From Flaccisagitta enflata (lineage: Eukaryota): DNA of 64,000 nt. The position numbers and the translations under genes were made by a program. Shown here piece by piece: positions 1 through 43,277 of this stretch. Under the pieces are notes generated by a model. That model was not told the DNA's origin. It did no database searches and was given only the letters and a program-made list of their open reading frames with translations. The stretch lies in the NCBI GenBank assembly GCA_965153355.1, contig OZ231126.1, positions 36,394,001 to 36,458,000 on the forward strand, written 5' to 3'. How positions within the stretch are numbered: position 1 is the first letter of the stretch; every line of letters begins with the position of its first letter.

Positions 1-22
1 GGAATGGATAAAAGACAGCCCC

Positions 23-1500
23 ATATGGGTGTAAACCAGCAGAAATCCCAATTTTCACACTTCAAAATGATATCACTGTAGCCCTACTAGGAAATCCATT
101 GAGATGTAAAAATTCCAGCTGCTGACTACTCAAACATTGTTCTTTCACTGAACCTAGTCAAATTTGTTCAATCTTTCCATTAACACCTCCATTTAGACCC
201 AGAAAGTTTACACATACTGACTGACAAACCTCACACCGAGGCTAAAATCTTGCCTCACAACAATTGCAGGCCCTAAATCTTTTTAACACTATCAACAGAA
301 TGGCCACAGACAGCAATTCTATGAATTTAAAGGAATTCCACGCGGCCACAGTAGAGCAATCTCATTTTATATCTTAAAATTGATAAAAATCAATGTTTTT
401 GCATACTACTGACGTCTTAGAAATGAAGCTCTAGTCCATGTCCAAATCGTTTTTTGAGCGGGGTCATTTGTTTTTAAACCTAGAGAGGGAGTCACTACAG
501 CCGTTTCAACATGATCTAAGATTTTGAGAGCAACGAATATAGAAAAAAGAACAATGAGAACTGAGACGTAAGGAAACGCCTTAATTTGAAGATGGCTTTC
601 ACTCTTTAAACAGTTTTGAGATGTAGACTTTTTGTCAAAAAATGAAAAAAAATGTCATTTTTCAGAATTTTATTTCAATTTCTATCATAATCAAGCTATA
701 AATCAAAGTAAAATACCTTAAAACAGTTTTTAAAAAAAAAAATTCATGTCACCTTGCCCCTTTAAACAGTTTTGAGATGTAGACTTTTTGTCAAAAAATG
801 AAAAAAAATGTCATTTTTCAGAATTTTATTTCAATTTCTATCATAATCAAGCTATAAATCAAAATAAAATACCTTAAAACAGTTTTTAAAAAAAAAAATT
901 CATGTCACCTTGCCCCTTATATGGGTGTAAACCAGCAGAAATCCCAATTTTCACACTTCAAAATGATATCACTGTAGCCCTACTAGGAAATCCATTGAGA
1001 TGTAAAAATTCCAGCTGCTGACTGCTCAAACATTGTTCTTTCACTGAACTTAGTCAAATTTGTTCAATCTTTCCATTAACACCTCCATTTAGACCCAGAA
1101 AGTTTACACATACTGACTGACAAACCTCACACCGAGGCTAAAATCTTGCCTCACAACGATTGCAGGCCCTAAATCTTTTTAACACTATCAACAGAATGGC
1201 CACAGACAGCAATTCTATGAGTTTAAAGGAATTCCACGCGGCCACAGTAGAGCAATCTCATTTTATATCTTAAAATTGATAAAAATCAATGTTTTTGCAT
1301 ACTACTGACGTCTTAGAAATGAAGCTCTAGTCCATGTCCAAATCGTTTTTTGAGCGGGGTCATTTGTTTTTAAACCTAGAGAGGGAGTCACTACAGCCGT
1401 TTCAACATGATCTAAGATTTTGAGAGCAACGAATATAGGAAAAAGAACAATGAGAACTGAGACGTAGGGAAACGCCTTAATTTGAAGATGGCTTTCACTC
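23..1500. repeat. A-B-B-A direct duplication (A ~582 bp at 23-604 and 919-1500; B 156 bp at 605-760 and 761-916)
   Basis: Near-identical copies readable directly. Confidence 0.85.
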
Positions 1501-1555
1501 ATATGACCTAAGCAAAACCTCTAAAAGAAAATTCAGACACGCGCGATAAAAATAT

Positions 1556-2490
1556 TTGAGGACGCGCACTCTCATCAACGCCTTCACAGTCAGTGGACAT
1601 TTCCATATTTGTAGATATGTCAGCAGTTTGGCATATCTCAACCCCTTGAGATCACTCATTCTGGGATATTTCACATGCACATGCACATTTCAACATGTTG
1701 AGATCTCTCATGTCCAAGATTTATCTCAGTTGAATGAGAGATCTCAACGCGTTGAAATGTGCCAGAATGAGAGATCTCAACGGGTTGAAATATCTCAGAA
1801 TGAGTGATCTCAAGGGGTTGAGATATGCCAAACTGCTGACATATCTACAAATATCGAAATGTCCATAGACTGTTCAAGACCGACCAGGGAATTGACTTGG
1901 AGGAAAATCCGGAGGAAATCTTACTTCGTCTGGCGCTCACACCAAGAAGACAAAGTTGATGACCAACCTTGCAGATGCTCCTTTAGCCACACCGCCCAAC
2001 GCTGTCTTCATGGATGGGAAACGTTACCCAACTATGGTTCAAGAGCCATATGAAACGGATGCGGGTAAAACCAAGTTGCGGGATGTTTTGAATACCCTCG
2101 AGCATATCATCGTAGCCAATGCAGCAACGGGTGAATACATCGGTGAATTCACTCCGAAGACGGGTTGCGGCCGCGACCAATGCGACCGATTTATCGAGTT
2201 CCTACGAGAAAAAGGCATTGATCCAGAACAAATCAAAATTCTTGGCGGTGATTCTTGCCCTACGAACATGGGCCAGTACAGTGGCGCGTTCGCGCTGATT
2301 GATGAAGTTACGAGCACACCGAGGAACCACTTCGTGTGCACTTTGCATCTCATCGAGCTTCCCCTCCGACACGTTGCGCAGCTGCATCTCGGAAAAACAA
2401 CTTAGTCGGGGAGTTTGGGAATAAAGTCCGGGACCTAAAAATTCCTCAAATCGCAAATTTTCGACCAATCCCCTGTCCCGACTTCCTACA

Positions 2491-2539
<49 letters not shown>

Positions 2540-2943
2540 AGACAGAGAGATGAGCATTGAATATGAGATAGATAGTAAAGGACCGACCGACAGACAAACA
2601 GACACAGACGAGCGCGAGGGAGAGAGGGTGAAACAACGTTACTCATGCTGCTTGTGTAACTTTGACAACTCTTATGGCCGGTGTTCTGTTTTGAACAGAG
2701 CCTCCACTGCTGCTCGATTTAAGCGATGATGAAATTCGTCATTTTGCGGAAGAACCTTTCAAGAGTGACTTGCCATCAAACACTCAGTTCCTGGAGCTTC
2801 TTGTGCAAACAATCTCCAGCTACGGCGACGCTGCTGCTGATCCTAAAGTCCGCGACGGTATGGTCAAAGCAGCCCTCTACACCAGAAAGACGCTGCCCAA
2901 ACGAGAAACGAAGAAAGACTACACCAATTTAGACGCTTTTTAA
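1556..2943 (+). pseudogene. decayed hAT-superfamily-like DDE transposase inside an MFSD14 intron
   Basis: Fragments FMDGK..EHIIV..GGDSCPTNMGQYSG..CTLHLIELPLRH (1956-2405) and TEPPLL..LPSNTQFLE..RDGMVKA..LPKRETKKDY (2695-2943) give the D, D, CxxH, E order. Broken by stops, a frameshift, a (GA)n tract and a MITE. Confidence 0.7.
1587..1872. mobile_element. MITE (foldback) inserted in the transposase relic
   Basis: ~75-bp TIRs CAGTCAGTGGACATTTC.. / ..GAAATGTCCATAGACTG, flanked by TTCA on both sides. Confidence 0.85.
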
Positions 2944-3099
2944 GCTCGTCCATCAGATAGCGCTGGTCGCTGTTTGTTCTTTTCTTTTTTTAATTATTTG
3001 ATGAAATTGACGAAATGAAGTTGTATTTTATACTCTGGCATTGAAATCTTTACGAGTTATTTTTTTTTTCAAATATTATCTGACAAACATCTCTGCTTC

Positions 3100-3128
3100 T
3101 GATGATGATGATGATGATGATGATGATA

Positions 3129-3159
<31 letters not shown>

Positions 3160-3220
3160 CGGCGACAACGATGACGACGACAATAACGATGACGGTGATG
3201 ACAATGACGACGATGATGAT
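3100..3220. repeat. (GAT/GAC)n microsatellite
   Basis: Direct reading. Confidence 0.9.
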
Positions 3221-3618
3221 AGAATATTTGTTTTTGAGTTATTGAGGATTTTGACATCGATGATAAAGATAGTTCCAGTGAGGAATTTATTGTTTGTTGT
3301 GCGAGAGTTGGTGATGGCAATGAGTATTAGGAAAATTCAACGTAAAACAAATTAAGACTGACCAACAAGAGCAAAAACAAGCGATGCTGAGGAAGATTTT
3401 TATCTTAACAAATTTAGCATTTCACCATGCCTACATATGCTTGGTGCGCAACGCCGGTATTGACCTGAGGTCATTTTCCTTGAAACTATGGGGTTTTTGG
3501 GATAAGTGTATGATACTTTGAGTTCCGTAGGCGTCAAAAAAAATTTGGGCTTCTAACAAGCGCCCCACTGCACACATTCAATGTGATTGTACTCAATCAA
3601 CAACTGTTTTTGCTCCAG

Positions 3619-12125
<8,507 letters not shown>

Positions 12126-13376
12126 GATCACTTAACAAATCACCCTTGTTACTCCAACTCTTTTCAAATGGTACATTTCTCTATTTATACCTCCTGTACA
12201 GACACTTTTATGCCCAGGCTTAAAAACTGTCTTCTTTAGTTTCGTTTTGGATACTATATGGACTGAACGCAAAATTTGGTAGTGTGACAAACTTCTGAAT
12301 AAAAAGAATCATGATCTGGTCTACAATTGTCCCAGCCTCCAATACTGGGTGGAAATGCAAGATTTGTTCCGGCGAAAGCAATACACCTATTGATTTACGC
12401 AAATATTTCACGGCTCACTTGACTTTTCGTTAAACAGTGTATGTCTGGCGCTCATGATGGCAATTATCCAGTTTATAATTCTTTGTTGCGCCTTAGTATC
12501 CGTACTAGCTTTGCCCATTCATCAACCAATCACTTTTTTGGACTCACTGTCTCGATACTACTTCATCAATCACAGGAACGGTATGCCAGCCAAACCCATT
12601 TTGTGGACTTAAAAGATATCAGAGCTATGACTCTTGGCCCATGTTGATAGCGTTAGTAATATTTTTTATCCGTCGAGGAAATCTAATCTACTTCATTTTC
12701 AGCTTTTGTTGATGTCAATGAAACAAAATTGCGCCCGTTGTCACAACCCACTGAAAATGCGATTGCTTTCTTTAAGGTGCTATCAACTTAGCCAGACTGT
12801 TTCCGAGAACCTGAATTGATCGATAGCTAGATGTCCATGGATATTCTTCCTTAAGTAAGGCAAATAAGAAGCCACGATGCGCGATAAAAAAAAATTGTCC
12901 GCGGTTTTCGATTTCAGGCAAGGGACAGACTTCCAGCCCTTGATTTATGCTTCTCAAGCAAGGACAATGCTTGGTAGAACACGATCATATGATATATCAA
13001 CGATATTCCTTGGGAGGAAGTCAAAATCAAGCGAACAAGGCCAAGTAGGCCAATAGGTGCGACGTGTTGATCGTCGAACGAATGCGTTACCAACCGACCG
13101 ACCGACCGACCGACCAACCGACCAACGGACACAGCCAGTTATAGAGGTGCTTTGTCGCACCTAAAAAGCGGTTAAGCAAGTTGTTTCTGGTTCTGGCCAG
13201 AGCAATGATATTAGCATGTTACCTGATCTAATATTGTGACGCTAAAAAGCTAGGTACAAAGATTCCTCATTGATAGATTAAAGCTGAGCTTGTCAAGAGT
13301 CCAGATCAAAAAACCGCATCAAAATCGGATGTTGCGCATGTCTGCGCATTGCGTACGTGTGTTAACTTTGCCTTTC

Positions 13377-13524
13377 AACAAGGCCGGATACACGGCCATC
13401 AGTTGCGGACGGGTGGGCAGGGGCAGAAATGCGCGTTTTCCCACTTTTCAACTCGATCACCACGGACCGACCAACCAACGGACGGACAAAGCCTCTTATA
13501 GAGTTGCGTGTCCGCAACTAAAAA
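13377..13524 (-). mobile_element. DINE-1/HINE-like non-autonomous Helentron; similar copies at 40583-40729, 41783-41958, 14626-15055, 19240-19790, 26950-27175
   Basis: T-run, subterminal IR AGTTGCGGAC with adjacent hairpin, (GTCC)n, second subterminal IR, terminal stem-loop GGCCG..CGGCC; no TSD. Confidence 0.7.
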
Positions 13525-13594
13525 CTCGATGGCTACGCGGCGGCGGATGAATAAATTTGGAGCAATCTGCGCTGATGATTTTTTTGCGGAATTA

Positions 13595-14173
13595 CAGTAT
13601 GTTTATTCTCAAATGAAACGAAAGATGACGGCATGAATCCAAAATCAATTGAGATAATCAAATTCCGAAAAAAGTTCCTGAAAGAATATGTTCTGGCATT
13701 TATTTGTGCAAAATCTTAGCCTTTCAGGTCAAATTGTTTAGCTTCAATCTGCATTTGAATATAAAACATGGATTGTTATTTGTTACTTTTTCCCACTGGG
13801 GAAAAAAGATGAGATTTTCAAATTTTGCCATTTTTTCAACAAAAATGATAATTGTTCATGTCAACAGGCAATGTATGTGGTATTTCTGATAGCAGATAAG
13901 ATTTTTCTTGCTAACTGGTTCAATTTAAGGAAAAAATATCAAAAAACAATTTTTTATGGACTGAAAATAGAAAAAAATTAACAGATATTGTGATTTTTAC
14001 AATTTTGCTTTAAATGCGGATTGAAGCTAGCCTAATTGAGATCTAAGGCTAAGATTTGGTACAAACAATTGCCAGAATATACTCTTTCAGGAACTTTTTT
14101 CGGAATTTGATTATCTCAATTTGTTTAGGATTTATGCCGTCATCTTTCATTTCATTTGAGAATAAACATACTG
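13595..14173. mobile_element. Tc1/mariner-type MITE
   Basis: TA|CAGTATGTTTATTCTCAAATG ... CATTTGAGAATAAACATACTG|TA with long TIRs. Confidence 0.85.
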
Positions 14174-15407
14174 TATTTGAGCGAGTTTACTTGAGATGGA
14201 TGGAGTTTGCATTTAGATGAACCCCATTAGCACTAAGTTGAGCAAGTTTGCTCATAAATGGGCGAGTTAGCTCCAAAATAGGCAAATTTCTCAAAAGTTG
14301 GCAAATTTGTCCCTAAAAAAGAATAATTAGCAGGCTCGATATGGGAGAGCAAGTTTACTCAAAGAATGAGTTTGCTCAATGTTAAGCATGTTTACCTAAA
14401 ATGAGCGAGTTTGCTCAAAATGAGCTATTCTATTCAAAATAAGCTACCTTGAGTAAAATGAGCAGCTTTGCTACAAAATGAGCAAAAACCGGGTTTGCAA
14501 AAAAAAAATCCAATTTGCCTTTGAGCAAATTAGTAAAAAAATGAGCGAGTTTTTTCTAATATATAAAGTGTCCAAAAATTCAGCGAATTTTCCTGAAGAG
14601 CAAGCTAATTGCGTTTTAGCTGATAACAAGGCCGGATACACGGCTACCCCAGTCGCGTGCGGGTGGGCAGGGGCAGTGAAAGTCACTAGGGCATTTGGGT
14701 AGGAGCAGTGAGCTCAAAAAGCTCAAAAATACTGAAAAAGTAACAAGTGACGCGGGGTCACAATATCGCTGTGGACGGGTGGGCAGGGGCGTCCAACACC
14801 CATCCACACCAAACACACAAACATATGCAAAAAGTATTCAACAAGTGATACGGGGTCACAATATCATTGCGGACGGGTGGGCAGGGGCAGCCAACCCCCA
14901 TCCACACCTAACACCCCACCCAGCTCCCCTTCCAACAATTACATGCACAAAAACCTTTTAAAACGCTCATTTTCTTACTTTTTGACTTGTGCTCACGGAC
15001 CAATGGACGGACGGACGGACAAAGCCCTTTTTAGAGCTGCGTGTCCGCAACTTTAAAGGGGATCAATCAACAGGCCAACCAATGAACGGACAGAGTGGAG
15101 TGTAGCATCTGAAATAATGAACCTCACTCTTTTAATTGTTTTATTTAACTTTGATTAATTTTTTTTGGCTGGTCAAAATATATGTCTGAATAGGTTATCC
15201 AATAAGGATTCTAGTAGTATTTCTTTCTCTTCTCAGCCTAAGGAGTGACAGAATTTTCTAGTTTTCAATCAAGAAAAAAATGATCTTGAAAAAAAATCAA
15301 ATCTGGCTAAGACTAAGACAATATAAGCTTCACCTAAGCAATGAGCGTCTGAGAAGTCTCCTATGAGTCGCTTAGCACGTAACTAAAAACTACCCAAAAT
15401 TGATGTA

Positions 15408-15969
15408 CAGTAGATCTCGTCTAGACTTGAGATAACGGGGGCAAGCATTGTGGAAAGACGAATGAAGGCAGGGGAGTGATATTTGGATCATAGACTATTC
15501 AAAGGATGCTTAATTCCCCTTGATAGTTGGTTGCCATAGAAACACATTTCCATGTATTCTCGCTAAAATATAAATATTTTAAGAGATTTTTTCAGGGAAC
15601 ATTGCTTAAACTCAAATTTGCTACAACTTTCCCACAGTATGTTCTGCAAGAATATCGCTCGTTTGGCCGTTGCTAGGGAGTGTATTCATGTGTGATGACT
15701 CCTAGCAACCGCTGAACGAGCGACATTCTTACAGAACATACTATGGGAAAGTTGTAGCAAATTTAATTTAAAGAATGTTCCCTCAAAAAATTTCTCAAAA
15801 TATTGATATTTTAGCGAAAATACATAGAAATGCGTTTCCATGGCAACCAGCTATCATAGGCAATAAACCATCCCTTTATTAGTTTATGTTTCAAATATCA
15901 CTCCCCTGGTTTCATTTGTGTTTCCACAATGCTTGCTCCCTTTATCTCAAGTCTTCACGAGATCTACTG
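15408..15969. mobile_element. Tc1/mariner-type foldback MITE
   Basis: TA|CAGTAGATCTCGT ... ACGAGATCTACTG|TA; palindromic over its whole length. Confidence 0.85.
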
Positions 15970-16463
15970 TAACTTGCTCAAAATGAGCGAGCTATCGCAA
16001 AATGAGTTGGCTAAAATGAGCCAGAATTCTCAACAGCAATATTTCATAAAATGAGCAAAGGGACCCAAATAGTGTGATCCAAACAAGCGATTTTTTATGA
16101 TAATTAACAACTTTGCTCTCAATGAGCGAGTCTTCGTTTGAGTCAGTCTACAACGTATACAAACGGAAAAAAAAATTCTTAACACTGCTGGTCCGAGTAT
16201 TGCCTTGTGAAAGGAGATCAAGGCCGTATTCATGGCTACCCGAGTTGAATGATGGTGGGCTTGGGCAGTGATAAAAAACTAACCATGCCTTAGGGCAGGA
16301 GCAGTAATGCAATAACTGCTCATAAATGCTGAAAAAGTAAAACAAGTGACGCGAGTTCACAATATTGTTGCGGACGAGTGGGCAGGGGAATCCAACCCCC
16401 AGCCTCACCCCCCTCCCACACACACAAACAAATAATAAAACTGCAGCATCATAGATGCATGTT

Positions 16464-17258
16464 TTTTTGTCCTCGACGATCAGTTTACGTCGAGGACTAT
16501 AACATAGCACTGATTGTGTAGTAAGCCGTTGTTGTTGTTTGTCGTGTCAACCCTTAAAAACTTAGGAACCAGTAATCAGATGTTGATGAAACTTGGTCAG
16601 TGTTATTTTTTGAGCATTACTATCCTTTGTACCAACTTTCAACAACATTCATAAATATTTAATACCCTCTGCCTATTATATTTGTAGTATTATCAATTCC
16701 TGGACTAGTGTAATTTTCATAGGGTAGGAAAGGTTCACCAATGTTGTTCAAACTTGTTGTGAACGTTCATTGCACCAATTAAAGCTCCCTGCAAGGTTTC
16801 AGACAATTCTGAGTATTGGTTTAGAAGACATTAGGGTATTTTGCTAGTAATATTAATTCCTAGACTTGTGCAATTTACATAGGGGAAGGGTAGTAAAGGT
16901 TCACTAATGTTGTTCAAACTTGTTGTTAAGGTTCATTGCATCAATTAAAGCTCCCCTGCAAGATTTCATTAAATTCTGAGTATTGGTTAAGAAAATATAA
17001 GGGTATTTATGATGTATCTAGTAACATTATTTCCTGGACTTAAGAATTTTTTTTTTTTTTTTTTTAAATTTTTTTTTTGTTTTGGATTATAAGGTATGCT
17101 TTCATGGACTTCAAGTAATGCCATCATGGACTTCAAGGTATGCCATCATAGGCTGCAAGGTATATGCCACCATGGACTTCAAGGTATACAATCAGTAGCC
17201 GGGTCAGACTGAGTAGCCGGGTCAGACACCAAATAGACTACAGTCGAGGACTGTTGTT
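16464..17258 (+). mobile_element. HINE-like element with internal tandem repeats
   Basis: 5' T-run plus hairpin GTCCTCGACG..CGTCGAGGAC, internal ~160-bp and ~20-bp repeats, 3' GTCGAGGAC. Confidence 0.5.
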
Positions 17259-17583
17259 TTTAGGCTTTTTTGCGTTTTCAAACCAAGCGTGACAGACAGA
17301 TCAACAGACAGACCAATGAAAGGACCGACAGACGGACCATTGGATGGACCGACAGATGGACCGATGGACAGACCCAGCCTCTCATAAAGTTGAGTGTCCC
17401 CAGCTAAAAAGCAAAGTTTGACGGATTGATGGATAAAGCAAGCGTGCACACGACTAAAAACGTGGGGTTACATCAGGCTGGGGCTGTGATGCAAAAAACT
17501 GTGCGCAATTCAAAAGGAGGGCCCGGCTGACACACTAACTTTCATGTGTCGCGTGCTAATAAACACTTCATCATCATTCCTTA

Positions 17584-19053
17584 TAGTCCCGTCTCTTAAA
17601 GGAATAAAAGAAAAGAACTCCGCGTTTTTGGGGCAAAGCGTGAAAATTTGCATACAGGGTTAGTTTTTTGTGCTGAACAAGACTAGATGGGGTACACGTC
17701 TGATTTTTTAGTGTACCCCATTTAAAAACGCGTTTTTTCTTAAAAAAACACTTTGAAGAGGCGCTGACGCCAAACGCATCAACAGATGACTGCAAAATTT
17801 TAGGTGAAGAAAAATATGCCTTTCTTTTACTACAAAAATTAAAAAATGGTTCAGTAGAAGCGAAATATTTGGTTAAAGTTAGGCCTATTTTCAAAAAAGG
17901 ACTATGTTTCAATTTTGGGGTAAAATTGTGTTTTTTTGAGCTGGAAGTCTGAAATTGGTTTCACTCATCTATCTTACCCTTATTCACCCTAAAAACAAAA
18001 AAAATGAAAAAAAATCCCTGTTTTTTTCATTTTTTGGTCCAAAAAACCTAAAAATCAACCTTCAAAATTTAGGCCTGATTTTCAGAAAGGGCTAGTGCAA
18101 GGAAAAAATGAAAATCATTGACGCCCACTAAGGGAATCTATTGTCATAAAGTGTACCAACTTATTCCCAAACTTTCAGAGGGGTACATTAACCCAAAAGG
18201 ACAAAATTTAATTTCAAAGAATTAAAAAAAAAGACCCAAAATTTCGCATTTTTAGACCCCCAGGGATATTTGGTAATGCTACGGCCAAACGCTTCAACCG
18301 ATTTGCCTAAAATTTTGCATGCAAGTCCCAATATGTTAGGGGCATATCTGAGCCAAATTTCAGCTTACTAATCAAACATTTAATTTTTCCATATATCAAA
18401 AAGGGTAATGCTAATTTTGGTATTTTTTGAGACTTTGAAATGATTTTTGTCTTTTTGGGTTAATGCCCTCTGAAAGTTTGGGAATAAGGTACATTTATGA
18501 CAATAGATTCCCAGTGGGCGCCATGATTTTAATATTTTCCTTGCACTATTTTGAAAATCAGGTAAATTTTGAGACCCAATTTTGTGTTTTTTTGGCCATA
18601 AAATGGAAAAAACATGGGATTTTTTCAAATTTTTTTGCTTTTAGAGTAAATTAGGGTAATATATGCAAGTGAAATCAATTTTAGACTTCCAGCTCATAAA
18701 AACACAATTTTACCCTAAAATTGAAACATAGCCCTTTTTTTGAAAATAGGCCTAAACTTTAAACGGCAATATCTTCGCTTCTACTGAACCGATATTGCTG
18801 AAATTTTGCATGCAAGTAGAAAAAAGGTATATCTTTCTTCACCTAAAATTTTATAGTCATCCGTCAATTGGTTCGGCGTCAGCAAAATTTCAAAGTGTTT
18901 TTTGGGCAAAAAAACGCGTTTTTGAAAGGGGTACACTAAAAAATCAGACGTGTACCCATTCTGGTTTTGTTCAGCACAAAAAACTGACCCCGTATGCAAA
19001 TTTTCACGCTTTGCCCCAAAAACGCCGAGTCCTTTTCCTTAAATCCTAGACTA
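17584..19053. mobile_element. long-TIR non-autonomous DNA transposon (foldback)
   Basis: Arms of roughly 600 bp are reverse complements (GCGTTTTTGGGGCAAAGCGTGAAAATTTGCATAC / GTATGCAAATTTTCACGCTTTGCCCCAAAAACGC); TTA on both flanks. Confidence 0.8.
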
Positions 19054-20895
19054 TTAATCCATCCATTTGTCCATATGATGGTATTAATTCATGATAACTT
19101 GTATTGAAACTTTAAAATGCGACCAATCTGGGATCGCTAGGTCAATCTTTAGTCATGTGCTACGCGACTCACAAGACTATGTCCATCCGTTGATTTGTCA
19201 TTTGGTCAGTAAGTTGGTCCGTCACATTTTACTTTTTCACTTTTTAGTTGCGGACACGAAGATATAAGAGGCTTTGTCCATCCGTCCTTCGGTCCATCCA
19301 TCACGCTCAAGTTGAAAACGCAAAAAACGCGCATTTATGATGCTGCAGTCGTTATTTTGTGTGGGTGTGTGTGTGTGTGAGAGGGGGGTTGGGAGGGGGG
19401 TTTGACGTGAGGCTGGGTTGGATGCCCCTGCCCTACCATCCACAACCATATTGTGACCTCGCGTCACTTGTTCAGCTTTTACGGGTTGTTTTTGTATTAT
19501 TGCTCCTGCCCAAATGCATGATTAGCGTTTTTAGGTGCGGACTGCAGACACGCAACTGTATAAGAGGCTTCGTCTGTCCATCGGTCTGTCCGTTGGTCCA
19601 TTGGTCCATGAGCCTGAATCGATAAGTGGGAAAATGAGCGTTTTTGATTACATTTTGCATATGTATGTGTGTGGGGGGAATTGAGGCGCAGACGGGGGTT
19701 GGACGCCCCTGCCCACCCGTCCATAACGATATTGTGACTACATGTCACTTGTTTATCACTGCCCCTCCCCACCCGCAACTGACTTGGGTAGCCGGCAAAA
19801 ATGAAAGGGAAATGCTTTCATTCTTAAAATAAGCATCGACCCTGGAAACCTGTTGCTCCTTAACAAATTGAGCAGGAGGCCCCAACTTGGACTCATTTTT
19901 GAGAGCTGTGTCTGTTCTTCAAAATGAGCCCAAGTTGAGGTCATTAGCTCAATCCGTTTAAAAGATAGAAGCCTACAAAGTAAGGGGTAAATTCTTCATT
20001 TTCTCAAAGGAAGTGTCAACTTGGGCTCATTTTCAAGAGTTGTCTGTTCTTTAAAATGAGCCCAAGTTGAGGTCGTTCGCTTATTTCGTTTAGAAAATAT
20101 GATCTTACAAACAGGGGGGTGGTGGACAAAGATTTTCCCATGAATTGCATGATTTTCGTTATTATTGGGGGGCAGCGATTTTTACGAAAATACCGTTAAG
20201 CTATGAAAACCATCCCAGCACATGCCAGGGATGGGATTTTAACCAAAAAATCGGTACCGAATCCATTTTTCAAATTGGACCTTCCCATCATCTCAAATTA
20301 TTTACATCACTCTTTTAATTGTTTTATTTATTTTTGTTTAATTTCAATCCCTGCTCTAGCTAGTCAACATATTCGCCTGAATGAGTTATCCAATAAGAAT
20401 TCCAGTAGAGTATTTTTTTCTCTTCTCAGCCCGAGGAGTGACAGATTTTTTTAGTTTCCAATCAGGAAAAAAATAGTCTTGATAAAAAAATCTGAGACAA
20501 TATAAGTTTCACCTAAGCAACGAGTGTCCTGAGAATTCTCCTATGTCACTACTTTAACCTTTTGTCCCTGAAGAAATCTGTTAAGCTATTGATCAGTGTA
20601 ATTGTATATTATCAGAATTGCGAGTGGAATGTTAATCATTTGTATCACAATGGAAAGTTGCCAATTTTTGAATGCCGCCGATTTGGGTTATAAAAGCAAA
20701 ATTATGACAAGTAGAGTAGACCCATAAAAATCATCAGAAACTACTGATTGGTTGTCCATTGCCGTGTTGGCCTTTTTTGATAGCGTACCAATTAAAGCAA
20801 TATTAATGAGTGATGGGATGCTGTTAGTCAATTCTCATCGGTTTACTTTATGAATCCCTAACTTTGAAGCTCGAGGAACCTTTCATTCGTTTAAT

Positions 20896-41095
<20,200 letters not shown>

Positions 41096-41125
41096 CTTGT
41101 TCCGATGGAATAAAGGAACGAGAAA

Positions 41126-41213
<88 letters not shown>

Positions 41214-42265
41214 GACAATTGCGAGATTTCCCACTTATCGACTCGAGCATCACGGACGGACTGATGGACGTACCGACCGACCGATGGACGGTCAGATCCG
41301 GTTAAAAAGTCGTAAAAAGTCGAGAGTCTATTCTACTGTTCGTCGGTAGATACTCTTTGCAGCATGAAAACCGTTAGTTATTTGCTTTACGTGCGTGAAC
41401 TTGTGGTCGTGTATTTTTCATCATGTAAAACCGGCATTACCTTCAGGTGCAAAGTATCTAAACCACCAAAATCTTGTGTTATATACTCTTTTTATTGAGT
41501 AAGGACGAAGTTTAAAAGGATATGAGGCTAGGCTGAAATTTTGTAAAAATTTGAGGATTTAAGGACAAGCCCCAACCTCAAATTTAAAGAAAATTGTGTT
41601 TCATATTACAGATTTCAATCATTTCTGTTAATTTTCTTTAAAGAAATATATCTTCATGATAAGAAACAGTAGTAATTTGTTGTTATTCATTGAATATACC
41701 TTCTATTCAAACAATATGTAATTTTTTTATATCCTTTTTTCATAAAAAATATAAGTGTTTCAATTTATCCCTTAACAAAATAAACAAGGCCGGATACACG
41801 GCCACCAGTTGCGGACAGGTGGGCAGGGGCGGAAATGCGCGTTTTCACTCTTTTCGACTCGTGCTCACCGACGGACCGACCAACCAACGGACGGACGGAC
41901 GGACGGACGGACGGACGGACAAAGCCTCTTATAGAGTTGCGTGTCCGCAACTAAAAAATTGAGGACAATTTTTAAGAACATTTCAGCCTCATATGAAAAA
42001 ATTTAAAAACTTCCCAGTCTCAGAAAAAATTTGCTGGTCCATTTAAACTGAGAAGAGTGTATTAGTGTCAAAAAAGTGCAGTAGGTGACGTTTTGTTCGT
42101 AACCAGAAACGGATATCAGGAATGATATGCATAGATACTGAGTGTTACTACGAAAGCGTTAGTCAATATGTTAAAATTGCGAGCTTTTTTTCTAATATTT
42201 GGTAAAACTAGCGTTGACTAGTGCTGACGTTAGTTGGATAAAAAAACGTAAAAAATCGGCTATAC

Positions 42266-42452
42266 AGTTTTTCATTGGAACGTCAACGGCGATATTTCTG
42301 ACGTCGACGTGAATCGGATTACGGAAGTTCTTGGATCGATCGCGTCTCTCGACCAACGATCGATAGTCGAGCGCATCTCGGTCGAATGTTAACGTCGACT
42401 TTCGGTCGACGCGGAAACGGTCGTCAAGAAGCCGACGTCGAATGGCAGCACT
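42266..42452 (-). CDS. candidate upstream exon of the minus-strand gene
   Basis: attacag|AGTGCTGCC ... AACT|gtatag; GC-rich open frame SAAIRRRLLDDRFRVDRKS...; phase fits exon 40929-41095. Confidence 0.35.
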
Positions 42453-42541
42453 CTGTAATGGTCATGAAATGTTTGCCCGTGACTCTCTTGCTTCACATCT
42501 GCATCTCCTTCTTCCCGTTTGCTGTTGAGTGTTGACGCGTA

Positions 42542-43277
<736 letters not shown>

